From: Octopus sinensis | Lineage: Eukaryota | Reading direction: 5' to 3' | DNA length: 29,293 nt | NCBI RefSeq assembly: GCF_006345805.1 | Contig: NW_021832938.1 | Location: 1-29,293 of the forward strand | In this document: piece by piece, positions 1 to 11,404 of the stretch | Layout of the letters: each line of letters starts with the position of its first letter | How positions within the stretch are numbered: the stretch's first letter is position 1 | Program-made: the position numbers and the translations under genes | The notes under the pieces: model-generated | What the model was told of the DNA's origin: nothing | Database searches by the model: none | What the model saw: only the letters and a program-made list of their open reading frames with translations

Positions 1-494
1 TTTTGAGGGATCGTGAAGTAATTCAAAATAGCTTTCTGTATATAATATGTAAAGAAGATATACTGGCGAAAGCCTTGAAACTGCGGTGTTCGACTCGAGA
101 AAGAACACAGAAATCTCTCAGCAGCAGTTGAAATGTTTCTGGCAGCAGTGGTGGATTTGCTAGATGTGTATTTCTTCTTCTTTGAGCGTTATAAATATCA
201 AGCATCCTCTAGCACCGCATGACAAGACAAATTTAGCTAATTCTGACTGATGTAGAAAAGAAGTTATGAACAAATCTCTAGTGGTGCCATTAACCCAGAG
301 GCTGGTTAAGAATTCGTCATTAGTGATAGAAGCAGTATCACATCAAACGAGCGTTCTAACAGTTGAACTCGAATTAGATAAGGCTACTATTTATAACGTG
401 TAGTAATTAGTTTAGAAAAAATCATTTGGAAAAAAAAGACGGTTTTCAACTTTGGAAAAAAGATTGAAACACTGAAAACGAAACTATCTTTATC

Positions 495-611
495 CTTTAC
501 TTTACACGTTACAGTCATTAGACTGCGGCCTCGCTGAGGCATAGCCTTGGAGGATTTTATTTGAATGAATCCCAGTACATTATTTCCTCAAGGCCTGGCA
601 CTTATTCTATC
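495..611 (-). mobile_element. SINE family A, decayed 3' tail remnant
   Basis: CAGTCATTAGACTGCGGCC...CTTATTCTATC aligns by eye to the 3' end of the family A copies at 20569-21016 and 18606-18862. Confidence 0.6.
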
Positions 612-1336
612 AGTCAAATAATCGTAAAAAATAGGGATTGTCATAGAAAAAAGCACCTTTTTGATGTAAATACTTTTTGGTCTTAACATGGTTCGATTTG
701 AATTTTACCTTCTACGGAATGAAGAGCAAGCATTCTTCTATCATACTCTCAATTTTGCTCAACTTGCGCTGCAGGGTCTCGGAGGAGACAGTGTTAGTTG
801 AAGGCTACTAAACCTGCCACGCACAGACTGCTTCAGCTTTATATATATAGATTTTGGCTAGGAAGAGAGTTATAGCAATAGAGTCGCAAGTACAATTATT
901 CTCGTTGTAAGACATGTCACAAAGATCTCACGTATTGTGCAGACATTTTTTTTTTCAATCTTCTCAATACACTTGTTTTCTCGCAATCCGTAATTTCAGT
1001 TTCCTAAACCCCTTGGTGTTTGGATGATTACAGAAAGAATGGAAAGATTTGATGGAGACACGAAATAATAATATTGAAACAAAATAAACAACGAGCTTAA
1101 ATCTGAATAAGAAATCACACTTGTTTTTATATTTTCTGTTATTATTCTAATCATACAGAAAACGACCAGCTATAAAAATGCATGAAAATTAATAAGAATG
1201 AATATTAACCAACACGATGCTCAGACGTACAGAAATATGCTCTCATACACCTACACACGAAAGAGGTTCTGGCACGAAACCACATAGACAAATACATACA
1301 CACAAACACAAACATATACACAGATTATATACAGAT

Positions 1337-1361
1337 ATATCATATATATATATATATATTC

Positions 1362-1397
<36 letters not shown>

Positions 1398-1414
1398 CTA
1401 TATTATTGTATTTT

Positions 1415-1456
<42 letters not shown>

Positions 1457-1489
1457 ATATATGTATTTTTGTATATATATATGTATATA

Positions 1490-1566
<77 letters not shown>

Positions 1567-1570
1567 TATA
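1337..1570. repeat. (TA)n followed by (TATG)n microsatellite
   Basis: Directly visible. Confidence 0.95.
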
Positions 1571-1663
1571 TACATATATGCAGTAAATATGTAACCATGT
1601 ATACATACACAAATATGTATTTTTAGATGTAAATTCACGCAAGCATATATTAATATATTTGTG

Positions 1664-1664
1664 T

Positions 1665-1705
<41 letters not shown>

Positions 1706-1769
1706 CATCCATCCAGCCATCTATCCATCCATCCATCCATCCATCCATCTATCTATCTATCTATCTATC

Positions 1770-1829
<60 letters not shown>

Positions 1830-1886
1830 GTCTATCTGTCTATCTATTTACTATCTCTCTCTCCCCCCCCTCTCTCTCTCGCTCTC

Positions 1887-1934
<48 letters not shown>

Positions 1935-2120
1935 GTATGTATATATATACATATACACATAGATAAAGACATACATACATCATACATACATACATACATA
2001 CATACATACATACATACTACATATATACATACACAAACACAACACACCACACACACACTATAATATATAATATATATATATAATATATATATTACACACG
2101 CAACACATACACACACGTTA
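1664..2120. repeat. Compound microsatellite (TCTA)n/(TCCA)n/(TC)n/(TA)n/(CATA)n/(CA)n
   Basis: Directly visible. Confidence 0.95.
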
Positions 2121-2788
2121 TATACGTGTTTGTGTATGTCTGTATTTGTGTGTAAAGTCTGCTCGCTGCCATTTCTCACAAGCTATTTTCCCATTCCCTC
2201 CGTTTTCTCCAACTCTTTCTCCCTCTGACTCCCATCATCACTCTTCCCACCACCACCACCCTCTCTCCCCCTCTCTCTCTTTCTCTCTTTCTCTCTTTGT
2301 AAACATATTGATCCTCTTAACAATTTGATCACGAACTACATGTACGACAACGTACCCCTATTGTAATGTTTTTTTTTTTTTCCATTTATCTTTTCGCTAC
2401 TTCATTCTAACGCATATTGATAACGAGTTCCTACATTTAATACGCTTCTATCACGATGTTTGCTCTTGCATTAGACAACACTATCTTTGATTAAAAACAT
2501 GACAATTTTACCTCTTTCGCCATCGGGATTTTTCCAATAGCTCTTGGGCTCTTTAGCACTTAATACCATAAGATAGCGATTCGCTATTTATCGGAATTTT
2601 TTAAAGAAACAGTTCTGTTCTTTTGACTATAGGCGTAACATTAGCTAGCGTTTTTATCTATCTATTTGTTTTTGCTATTATATCGACACAAGTCAATTCT
2701 AATTACATAGATCTCTGATCATGGAAGATATTCTAGCTATGGCCGGCCATTTTGGTTTTGATTGTGTTTATTCTTTTTTTTTAAATTT

Positions 2789-2950
2789 AGGTGTGGCGGT
2801 GTGGTAAGAAGCTTGCTTGCTTCCCAACCACATGGTTCCGGGTTCAGTTCCGTTGCACAGCACCTCGGGCGAGTATCTTCAACTACAGTCTCGGGCCGGC
2901 CAAAACCTGGTGAGTGCATTTGGCAGACAGAAACTGAAAGAAGCCCGTCG

Positions 2951-3006
<56 letters not shown>

Positions 3007-3263
3007 GTGTGTGTGTGTGCGTGTACGTGTGTGCGTATGTGTGTGCGTGCGTGTGTGTCTGTATATGTGTGTATGTCTTTGTGTCTTTGTTTCCTCACCA
3101 CAACTTGAGAATCGGTGTTGGTGTGTTTACATCCCCGTACATTAGTGGTTCGGCGAAAGGGATCGATAGAAGTAGCAAGCTTAAAAAAAGTACTGGGGTC
3201 GATTTATTCTACCAAAATTTTTCAAGGCGGTGCCCTAGCCTGGCTGCTGTCTGATGACTGAAA
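2789..3263 (+). mobile_element. tRNA-derived SINE family A, near full length, moderately diverged, internal (TA)n(TG)n
   Basis: tRNA-like head (GGCGGTGTGGTAAG...GGTTCAGTTCC), GAAACTGAAAGAAGCCCGTCG, internal microsatellite, tail GGCGGTGC...TGACTGAAA. Colinear with 15023-15470. Confidence 0.85.
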
Positions 3264-3284
3264 AATGCCAAATTGCTAGCAAGT

Positions 3285-3445
3285 CAGACAAAAGTACAAA
3301 GTGGCCTATTCTTCCGGTTCTTTATGTTCTGAGTTCAAATCTCGACGAGCTCAGCACTGTTTTCCTTTGGGGACCGATTAAATACGACACCAGTCAAGTA
3401 ATGGATGTAAATGCCCTCAAAATTGTCGGCTTGCAAAGGTCCTGC
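3285..3445 (+). mobile_element. Old SINE family B-related fragment
   Basis: TTCTTTATGTTCTGAGTTCAAAT and downstream ...CCTTTGGGGACCGATTAAAT resemble the family B core. Confidence 0.45.
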
Positions 3446-3734
3446 ATCCCATTCATAGCAATGCTGTGATGTCGGTCATTTGTACACCATAGAATATATA
3501 TATATATATATATTTATAAAAAAAGAACTTTGAAAACGCCACTATATAAGATAAATTTCAATTTTCTTAGAAATTTTACATGTTTCGGTTCTTCTTGAAA
3601 AAACGAACCTTATCAAAAATATTTTAAAAAGTTAAGTGTAATAAAAAGTTAATAATTGTTTCTTACTGGTCTCAACACAATCTACGTAGTTGTTTTTAGC
3701 TGTCTTATGTGTCCGAATGACCAGTGGCTGAAAT

Positions 3735-3950
3735 GTCAGTAGCAGCAGTGACTGTTGGTCATAGTAGTAGTAACCGTGGTGGTGGTGGTTGGGGTTGCAG
3801 CAGCTCATTGGTTGTAGCAGCTTAGCTGTGGCAGTAGCAGCGTCAGCAGTAGTGGAAGACTGTTGATCGTAGTAGTAATAGTAGTGACCATGAGTGTTTG
3901 TAGTAGTAGAAATAGTAGCAGCAGTCGTAGTGATCGTTGTGGTAGTGGTA
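3735..3950. repeat. Degenerate trinucleotide repeat (TAG/CAG/TGG) with internal duplication
   Basis: Directly visible; GACTGTTG(G/A)TC(A/G)TAGTAGTA occurs twice about 107 nt apart. Confidence 0.8.
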
Positions 3951-4003
3951 GAATTCCATTTTTCCATATATATATATATATATAATATATATATATATAT
4001 CCT

Positions 4004-4271
4004 CTTCCTATTTGTAGGAGGAGGGGCTTGAGTCGTGCGGGCTTGGTTAGCCAACAGAGAACTCACAGGATTCGACCCATGGTAAATAGTGTTATGGCTA
4101 ATTGTTTTTACAACAGAACATCTGCAGCATGTAGAGAGGTGCGCCTCTCACTTGGAGGATTGAAAATGCATATCAAAAGAGTTCATACTGCGGCACCTGA
4201 TTCTACTGCCAACCAGCACAGCTGAGTATTTTGCAGTAGAACATACGACGCTTTTAGTGGGAACAAGCGTC
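4004..4271 (+). mobile_element. Decayed ORF end with two degenerate C2H2 zinc fingers plus a 3' stem-loop; probable LINE (RTE-like) ORF C-terminus
   Basis: In frame: (L)PIC-RRRGLSRAGLVS-(Q)QRTH and (S)AAC-REVRLSLGGLKM-HIKRVH. Both keep C-x2-C-x12-H-x3/4-H spacing with ligands mutated. Stop at 4225. Hairpin GACGCTT/AAGCGTC at 4247-4271. No TGEKP linker. Confidence 0.55.
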
Positions 4272-4505
4272 ATACAAGGGCTTTACATTGCATCAACATT
4301 GACTCATTTCAAAAGGATTCTTTCTAGCAATAGCTTTGCTCGTATACAAGAAAGCAGCTAAGATATATATATATACACACACAAGCACACATTCGTACAC
4401 ATGCTTGCGTGCATACTGACGCATACATATGTGTGCTCGCGTACATGTGTGTGAATGTTTGTATGTATATGTGTGTGTGTATATATGTACATATATATAT
4501 ATATA

Positions 4506-4693
4506 GATCATAATGATAGATCGTTAGGCACTATACACATTTTTTTCTCTCCTTGTTTTTTCTGTGTCCCTTTCTGTAGAAGAGCAAAGGCTCGAAACGT
4601 AGAAGACTTTTTCTATTCCTGAGCGTTGTACTAATACATCTGTTTGTTTTGTACACCACCTGTCTTCGTCTTTTGTTTTTTTCTTAAACTCTT

Positions 4694-4696
<3 letters not shown>
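4506..4696 (+). mobile_element. Repeat family E (hammerhead-bearing, (TA)n-flanked), copy E1
   Basis: Colinear over ~190 nt with 6379-6571 and, in reverse, 11430-11607. Confidence 0.8.
4570..4605 (+). ncRNA. Minimal type I hammerhead-like motif, variant core (CUGUAGA)
   Basis: CTTT CTGTAGA A GAGC-AAAG-GCTC GAAAC GTA GAAG: stem I with one G.U pair, 4-bp stem II, palindromic ACGU stem III. Confidence 0.55.
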
Positions 4697-4758
<62 letters not shown>

Positions 4759-4845
4759 AATACTTATAATACACACACACACACATATATGTATATATAT
4801 ATATATATATGAATATGTAGATATATCTGTATACACACACGCATT
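4696..4845. repeat. (TA)n/(CA)n microsatellite
   Basis: Directly visible. Confidence 0.9.
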
Positions 4846-5184
4846 CATACCGTTCTAAACGAAAACTATCATTTCATAAAAGCAACATGTAATTGAAATC
4901 TGTTATTCTCATAATCCGATATTCTAATAATTTTATTCCCATTCTAAGCGATTTTCCAAACAGGATCAATGAAAACTCGCCAGAGATCAGCAGAACAGAA
5001 CTAATATTTGGCAAGGAGCGATTTATTTATTTATATATTCATTTAATTACTTATTTACTTTTTTTTACCTATTTTGTTTCATAATTACACACCTTTAGCC
5101 AAAACAGCAACGAAAGCAACAACAACGAAAATTACCTGAAATTCTTTTATCGCTAATTAACATAAAGTTTATTCAAAATATTTT

Positions 5185-5188
5185 ATAC

Positions 5189-5276
<88 letters not shown>

Positions 5277-5381
5277 GCATATATACATACATACATATAA
5301 ACATATATGTATGTATATATATACATATATATACATACATACATACATACATATAAATATATATATATATATGTATATATA

Positions 5382-5424
<43 letters not shown>

Positions 5425-5556
5425 TAAACACACACACCCTTACACACACAGACATAATATATATATATATTATATATATATATATGTATGTATATATGTA
5501 TATATTATATGGTAGCGGAGAATTTTTTCTAGAATGTTTTGCTACCCTTATATTTA

Positions 5557-5605
<49 letters not shown>
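5185..5605. repeat. (CATA)n/(TA)n compound microsatellite
   Basis: Directly visible. Confidence 0.95.
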
Positions 5606-5608
<3 letters not shown>

Positions 5609-5676
5609 AGACTTTTGATTTACTAAACATCTATTATCCGATATGAGTTGAACGTACGAATTTCGATCACATGCAA

Positions 5677-5678
5677 AA

Positions 5679-5733
<55 letters not shown>

Positions 5734-5735
5734 AA
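5677..5735. repeat. (AAAT)n
   Basis: Directly visible. Confidence 0.95.
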
Positions 5736-5985
5736 AGCATTTATTCAAAGGTGTTCCTGCATATTTGCACGCAAGCGTATAAATGGCTTAAGACCAGAGC
5801 GAGATAGAAAGAGAGAAAGAGAGAGAGAGAAAGGGAGAAGTCAGAGAAGCAAAGACAGAGGGAGGGATTGGAGGGAAGAAAAAACTCAGACACGCATACA
5901 CCTGCACATGCGTAAATACATGCATGCATACAAGAGTTTTTACATACAATATTTGTTTGCGTATGTGTGTGTGTGTGTATATACG

Positions 5986-6155
5986 TTTTATCTTCTATGG
6001 GTTTCAGTCATTAGACAGACTGCGGCCATGCTGGGGCGCCGCCTTGGAGAATCTTAGTCGAACGAATCGACTCCAGCTCTTAAATTTTGTAAGCCTGGTA
6101 CTTACTTATTCTACCGGCCTCTTGTGCCTAACTGATAAGTTACGGGGACGGAAGC
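5986..6155 (-). mobile_element. SINE family A 3' part
   Basis: GTTTCAGTCATTAGAC..GACTGCGGCCATGCTGGGGCGCCGCC...AAGTTACGGGGACG matches family A in reverse. Confidence 0.8.
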
Positions 6156-6209
<54 letters not shown>

Positions 6210-6217
<8 letters not shown>

Positions 6218-6328
6218 ATCACGTGACCGACCAGACCATCAGATGTTGTTACACATTGCTGGTCACAATGCATTCGCATGGTTCTAGCCTTTGAATGACG
6301 CCACCCCGCTGGCTAAGCGAGCAGGCCA
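6210..6328 (-). mobile_element. Probable SINE family F 3' tail, type 1 (ends GGTCACGTGATCACGTGA)
   Basis: Recalled as an octopus repeat tail that joins the F head. Only one copy is in this window, so the link to F is not shown here. Confidence 0.5.
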
Positions 6329-6341
6329 ATATATATATATA

Positions 6342-6378
<37 letters not shown>

Positions 6379-6571
6379 TCGCCATGATAGATCGCTAGCC
6401 ACTACACATTCTTTATTTTCTCTCCTTGTTTCTTTCTGTGTTCCTTTCTGTCGAAGAGCGTAGGCTCGAAACGTCAAAGACTTTTCCACTTCCCGAGCGT
6501 TAAAGTAATACATCTGTTTTATTGTCTATACCATCTGTCTTCGTCTTTTGTTTTTTTTTTGTGAATTCTCC
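6379..6571 (+). mobile_element. Repeat family E, copy E2
   Basis: Colinear with E1; flanked by (TA)n on both sides. Confidence 0.8.
6444..6479 (+). ncRNA. Minimal type I hammerhead-like motif, variant core (CUGUCGA)
   Basis: CTTT CTGTCGA A GAGC-GTAG-GCTC GAAAC GTC AAAG: perfect 4-bp stem I and stem II, GUC triplet. Confidence 0.6.
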
Positions 6572-6597
6572 ATATATAGATATATATACATACGTAC

Positions 6598-6632
<35 letters not shown>

Positions 6633-6689
6633 CATATATGTATATATATATGTATATATATATGTGTCGTCGTCGTCATTATAATCATT

Positions 6690-6770
6690 AAAAAGTAAGA
6701 ACCGGGATTGATTTCTTCGACTAAACACATTGAAGGTGGTGCTCCAGCTTGGCTGCCCTCCAAGGACTGC
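6690..6770 (+). mobile_element. SINE family A tail remnant
   Basis: GGGATTGATTTCTTCGACTAAA...GAAGGTGGTGCTCCAGCTTGGCTGC resembles the A tail. Confidence 0.45.
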
Positions 6771-8699
6771 ATTTTTATAAAAGACAACACAATGTAAATG
6801 TATGCGGTAAGGAAAAATTCCTTTGGCCATGGCGTTTCCAGGCGACATTGAACAGCAATCATTTCTAGGACAACAAAAATTACAACTGGGAAATGTCAGG
6901 GAGAGAGAGAGAGAGGGGGGAGAAGGGGAGGGGGAGAGGAAAAGAACGATAAAGTTGAATGTGTAGAAACTAACTATACTGTGTGTAGAATGCCGGCTAC
7001 TTTGGGAAAGACAGAGTCAATGCGGTTTGACAGTAGAGGATGCATGGTCTGCCACAGAAAAAAAACATGAAGGGAATTATGTGATTGAACTTCTCAGCAT
7101 GAACGAAGTAACTAGCATGAATTGAATAATATATCACAAAGAGTGATCGATAAATTCATTCATACACATGAATGCAATGTATTTTGAATAAACGAAGGGG
7201 AACATAACTGGACAAATATTTTATGCTGTATAATTACTAAATTACGTTTTAGTGAGCGGGGTGTGTGGGGGCAAGCATTCCCAGGCTTCTCTCAAATGAT
7301 GGGCGATGTTTGCAATGATTCCTTAGGCTAGTTAATTTTTTTTTTTTTTCATGGGGTTCCGTACATGAAAGCCATGGCAGGAAGCTCATGAAAGAGAAGG
7401 AAGGAGAATAAAGATTGCAATTACATTATTTATCAGCTGGATCAGAAAACGAATTTCTTTCTCTTTGATCCGATCTTGCTTTCAAAACACTGAAAGATCA
7501 TAGACAAAATGTTATCCAATAATAATTTATGCAGCGCCTGATTCTGTACATATTAAACAACCAACATTTATCCATTTATCAAATGTTATCATCAAAACAG
7601 AGATTGTTAGTTTAAGATTCGGGAGAAATTTCCATCTTTTGATGACGGTTCGGGAAATACAATTTCTCAGATAGCACACCCTATAAAAACAAGTAAGAAT
7701 AGAGTTCTCTTTGAAGAGAATATGATAGCCAAGTACAAATGCCTACAAAGAGTAGTACAGAAGGGAAATTTCCTCGCTAGTTTTTCACCGTGTGTATATC
7801 ACTGAATTTATGTGAAACGGATTCAACAGCACTAATGTTTGACTGGCAGTCACTTATTTTTCTATATGTTACGAGCTGGAACGAAGTACTGTTATCTCTA
7901 GCGGACAGGTGTCCACCACTGGGATTGCGAAAAATAACCCGAAACCGGACGATCTGGTGGTCCTATAACGTTGCTAGAAGATGCTAGGGTTTCGCTCCCC
8001 TATTTGCAATATATACAGGGTGATGATTGCATCGATAACCAGCTAGAAGTGGGGTCCTCGTGGGGTTAAAAACGATAGTACAACAGCCATATTGAAGTGG
8101 CGAAAAATTTTTCTTTTCAGTATAGTTATTATTTTAATTTCCAATAGAAATTTTGTAACTAGCTGCTTGGATTCAACAGAAAGCAGTACTAAACTCTTGA
8201 AAGTTTCTAAAATATATATTTCTAGTAGTCCAAACATGGTAAATTCTGAGATTCGCTGCTTATCAACGTGAAATAAGTTACAGCAAGTCTCTATGATATC
8301 AAAATGACCATGCAAAATATACTTTAAAATATGCTGAAAATAAATATAACTTTAAAAACAGCAAGTGATATGACTCATGCCTCCCATTCCGATGGCAGAG
8401 TAATGTCGATTCTATCATCGGTAGTTTAACAAAATATTTAAAGCTGAATCGAAAACTGCTTGCTACTTTATCAATAATTAAGTGAAATATGTTTCTATCG
8501 GTAGATCTTTCACCACATAATGCATGTCATCTGCAGAAATTTAAAATATTGACGTAAATGGTAAATGGCAGTGGCATTTGAAATTAATTGAGATGAAGAA
8601 TTATAATATACCATGGCAACTTTGAGGAACAACTTAAGCAAAACGAAATTATCTCAATAACAATATACCCCGGGACGTTGCGAACAACTTCCTTATATG

Positions 8700-8885
8700 C
8701 ACAGGCATGGCTGTAAGGTTCAGAAACACCCATTGCAACCACATGGTTTCAGCGTTCAATCCATTTGAGTGTCTTGTATTATAGCCAGGGGCAGACCAAT
8801 GTTTTGTGAGTGAATTTGGAATCTGTAATTGCATGCAAGCCTGTTACACACACACAAACACCCCGCCACACACACACACACACAT
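8700..8885 (+). mobile_element. Old SINE family A 5' half
   Basis: GGCATGGCTGT...CAACCACATGGTTTC...GAGTGTCTTGTATTATAGCC...TTGTGAGTGAATTTGG...CAAGCCTGT, colinear with the A head. Confidence 0.6.
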
Positions 8886-9097
8886 ACACATATATCTATA
8901 TCTATATGAATATCAGGTCATCCCATAAGTAATGTCTGAAATTTGGGTAAGGAAAAGTGATCTAATTTTACAATTTTATTAAAACTTAATCCTGTATATA
9001 AATTCCTATCATTATCAATGAATTCCTTTCATCAACTCCGATGTGTTCTTTGACCTTTGATAGACACAGATATGGGAACAAATATATTGTGTATAAA

Positions 9098-9686
9098 TGT
9101 TTTTTTTCTACTCTAGGCACAAGGCCCGAAATTATTTGTGTGTGCGGGGGAGCAGTCGATTGCATCGACGCCAGTACGCAACTGGTACTTAATTTATCGA
9201 CCTCGAAAAGATGAAAGGCAAAGTCGACCTCAACGGAATTTGAACTCACAATGTAAAGACAGATGGGATATCGAAAAGCATTTCGCTAACGATTTTTTCT
9301 ACTCCAGGCACAAGGCACGAAATTTTAGGGGATGAGAGCCAATCGATTACATCGATCCCATTACGCAACTCGTTCTTAATTTACCGACCCCGAAAGGGTG
9401 AAAGGCAAAGTCGACCTCGGCAGAATTTGAACTCAGAACATAAAGACAAACGAAATACCTATTTCTTTACTACACACAAGGGGCTAAACATAGAGTGGAC
9501 AAACAAGGACAGACAATGGGGATTAAGTCGATTACATCGACCCCAGCGCGTAACTGGTACTTAATTTATCGACCCCGAAAGGATGAAAGGAAAAGTCGAC
9601 CTCGGCGGAATTTGAACTCAGAACGTAAAGACAGACGAAATACTGCTAAGCATTTCGCCCGGCGTGCTAACGATCCACCGCCTTAT
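9098..9686 (-). mobile_element. Head-to-tail trimer of SINE family B
   Basis: Three copies of the core GGTACTTAATTTATCGACCCCGAAAGGATGAAAGGCAAAGTCGACCTCGGCGGAATTTGAACTC. Units approx 9098-9293, 9294-9452, 9453-9686. Only the last has a full head. Confidence 0.85.
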
Positions 9687-10360
9687 ATTGTGTATAAATA
9701 TTGATGACGCAAGACTCAACTATGGTAAGTAGTAAGCAGTTTTGATTCGACATGGTCTCGTAGCTTTCAACAAATTGACACACACGCGAACAAATAAGTG
9801 ATGTAAATATTAAATATACGTTACTATGGATTTTAAAATTACAAAAAAAAAAAACGCAAAAAAACAAAAACAAAACAATAATGAAAATTATCTATTATTT
9901 AGCTTTAATTTCTAGATTGCAACTGGGTGAATTACAATTATATTTTTTAGTTGATTGAATACTTTAATGACATGTCGATCTATCATAAGTGATGGTGTAA
10001 TTCAGGAAGAATGTTTTTGTTTAGCTTCTAGTTTAAAATAATCGTATCGAGACATCGTTTAAGCTAACTAACGGATGCTTTGCTTTTGTCATTGCAACAC
10101 ATTATATACGCATGCGCACAAACATATTAAACAAGTTAGCATTTAGATAAACATTACTAACAGTATTTTTTTTTACATACATTGGTTGTTGAAACGCATA
10201 TATCTGTGTTTATCAAAGTTCAAGCAACACATCGGAATGTAGTTCCTTTCTATAAAAATTTTCCCCTGATGATATTCGCAGTTAAACATATTCCATATGG
10301 AAATTTAATTTAATTTAATATAATTTAATGTCTCAATTTAATTCAATCGGCCATGGAAAC

Positions 10361-10618
10361 AGAAGATCACATACGATCTAGCTACAAAGAAAAACTGTTC
10401 TCCAGAGAAAAGTCAGCGAACACCAGAACATAAGCGGGCAAGACAGATGAAAATTATATAAAAATCAAGAATTAATCCTATACCGGTTTCGTCTGTTACC
10501 GAATAAATAACTTACGTAATCCTTCGTCCGCAGAACTCGTCAGTACGCTTTGTAGTTAGATCGTATGTGATCTTCTTCTAGCGTATGGTTATCCACCTAG
10601 TGGTTTCCCTAAATATAT
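10361..10618. mobile_element. Repeat family G, copy with internal inversion (minus arm 10361-10547, plus arm 10548-10618)
   Basis: 10420-10547 is the reverse complement of ~10915-11045. 10548-10618 is a direct repeat of 11072-11140. 10361-10389 is the reverse complement of 10548-10576. Confidence 0.8.
10474..10547 (-). ncRNA. Type I hammerhead-like motif with long stem II, canonical core CUGACGA
   Basis: Minus strand reads CGTA CTGACGA GTTCTG...CAGAC GAAAC CG GTA TAGG; stem III is the palindrome ACCGGU. Confidence 0.6.
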
Positions 10619-10909
10619 TGAAATTTTTTCTGAGTTTTCAAATTTTTTACGCGCTAGGCTACTGCTTTTAAATTGATATTAATTAATATTCAATTTATCT
10701 CCCTCATTATTTAAATTTTAAAATAATTATGTTCTCTAATTGGCAACATTAACTGCAGTAAATTATCTGCTGCAGAACTGTTTCCGTAATTTAGCGCGCC
10801 AGAACTTAGACATTTGAAAATAACCTCAATATAATCGGTAGAACTAAGCACATGTCTAGTTTTATATGGACAGATAGTGTTTAGTTTTTCAAATTATATT
10901 GAAATTGGA

Positions 10910-11131
10910 ACGATGGTGCTGACGCGTTCTGCGGACGAAGTATTACGTAAGTAATTTATTCGGTAATAGACGAAACCGGTACACGATTAATTCTTGATTT
11001 TTATATAATTTTCATCTGTCTTGCCGCTTATGTTCTGGTGTTCTCCAGAGAAAATTCTGCGAACATTTTTTCTTTGTAGTTAGATCGTATGTGATCTCTT
11101 CTAGCGTATGGTTATCCACCTAGTGGTTCCC

Positions 11132-11140
<9 letters not shown>
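10910..11140 (+). mobile_element. Repeat family G, hammerhead-sense copy running into (TA)n
   Basis: Homologous to 10361-10618 and 13807-13970; ends GGTTCCCTAAATATAT followed by (TA)n. Confidence 0.8.
10913..10987 (+). ncRNA. Type I hammerhead-like motif with long stem II (core CUGACGC, A9 mutated)
   Basis: ATGGTG CTGACGC GTTCTG...TAGAC GAAAC CG GTA CACGAT; stem I pairs at 5 of 6 positions. Confidence 0.55.
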
Positions 11141-11178
<38 letters not shown>

Positions 11179-11361
11179 ATATAATTAATAAAATATTAGG
11201 GAATAAATCCAAATTTACAGGGAAAAAAATCAGATTTAGGATTAAATCGATTTTATAGTAAAATATTATAAAATATTATTCGAGACAAAACCACTATTTG
11301 CAAAACAAACAAGGAAAGACTTAATCAATACATAAATTTTAATAAATAGTCAAAAAAACCG

Positions 11362-11404
11362 CCACTACAATCGTTTCTTGTCTTGATCGACAATCTTCAG
11401 GTGG
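11362..11404 (-). ncRNA. Minimal type I hammerhead ribozyme motif, fully canonical core
   Basis: Minus strand reads CCAC CTGAAGA TTGTC-GATCAA-GACAA GAAAC GATT GTA GTGG: 4-bp stem I, 5-bp stem II, AC/GU stem III. Predicted cut between 11366 and 11365. Confidence 0.8.

Noticed and set aside
55-100. CTGGCGA AAGCCTT GAAAC TGCG GTG as a hammerhead
   Set aside because: Stem II cannot close, the triplet ends in G and stem I does not pair. It might be a decayed motif but is not supportable.
6278-6298. ~19-nt match between F tail 1 (ATTCAAAGGCTAGAACCA) and the G-like end at 13812
   Set aside because: One gapped short match in an AT-rich window is plausibly chance.
7000-8690. Repeat-poor stretch as a possible host exon or regulatory region
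   Set aside because: Short ORFs have no recognisable motifs and I found no convincing paired splice sites; conservation cannot be assessed without alignment.
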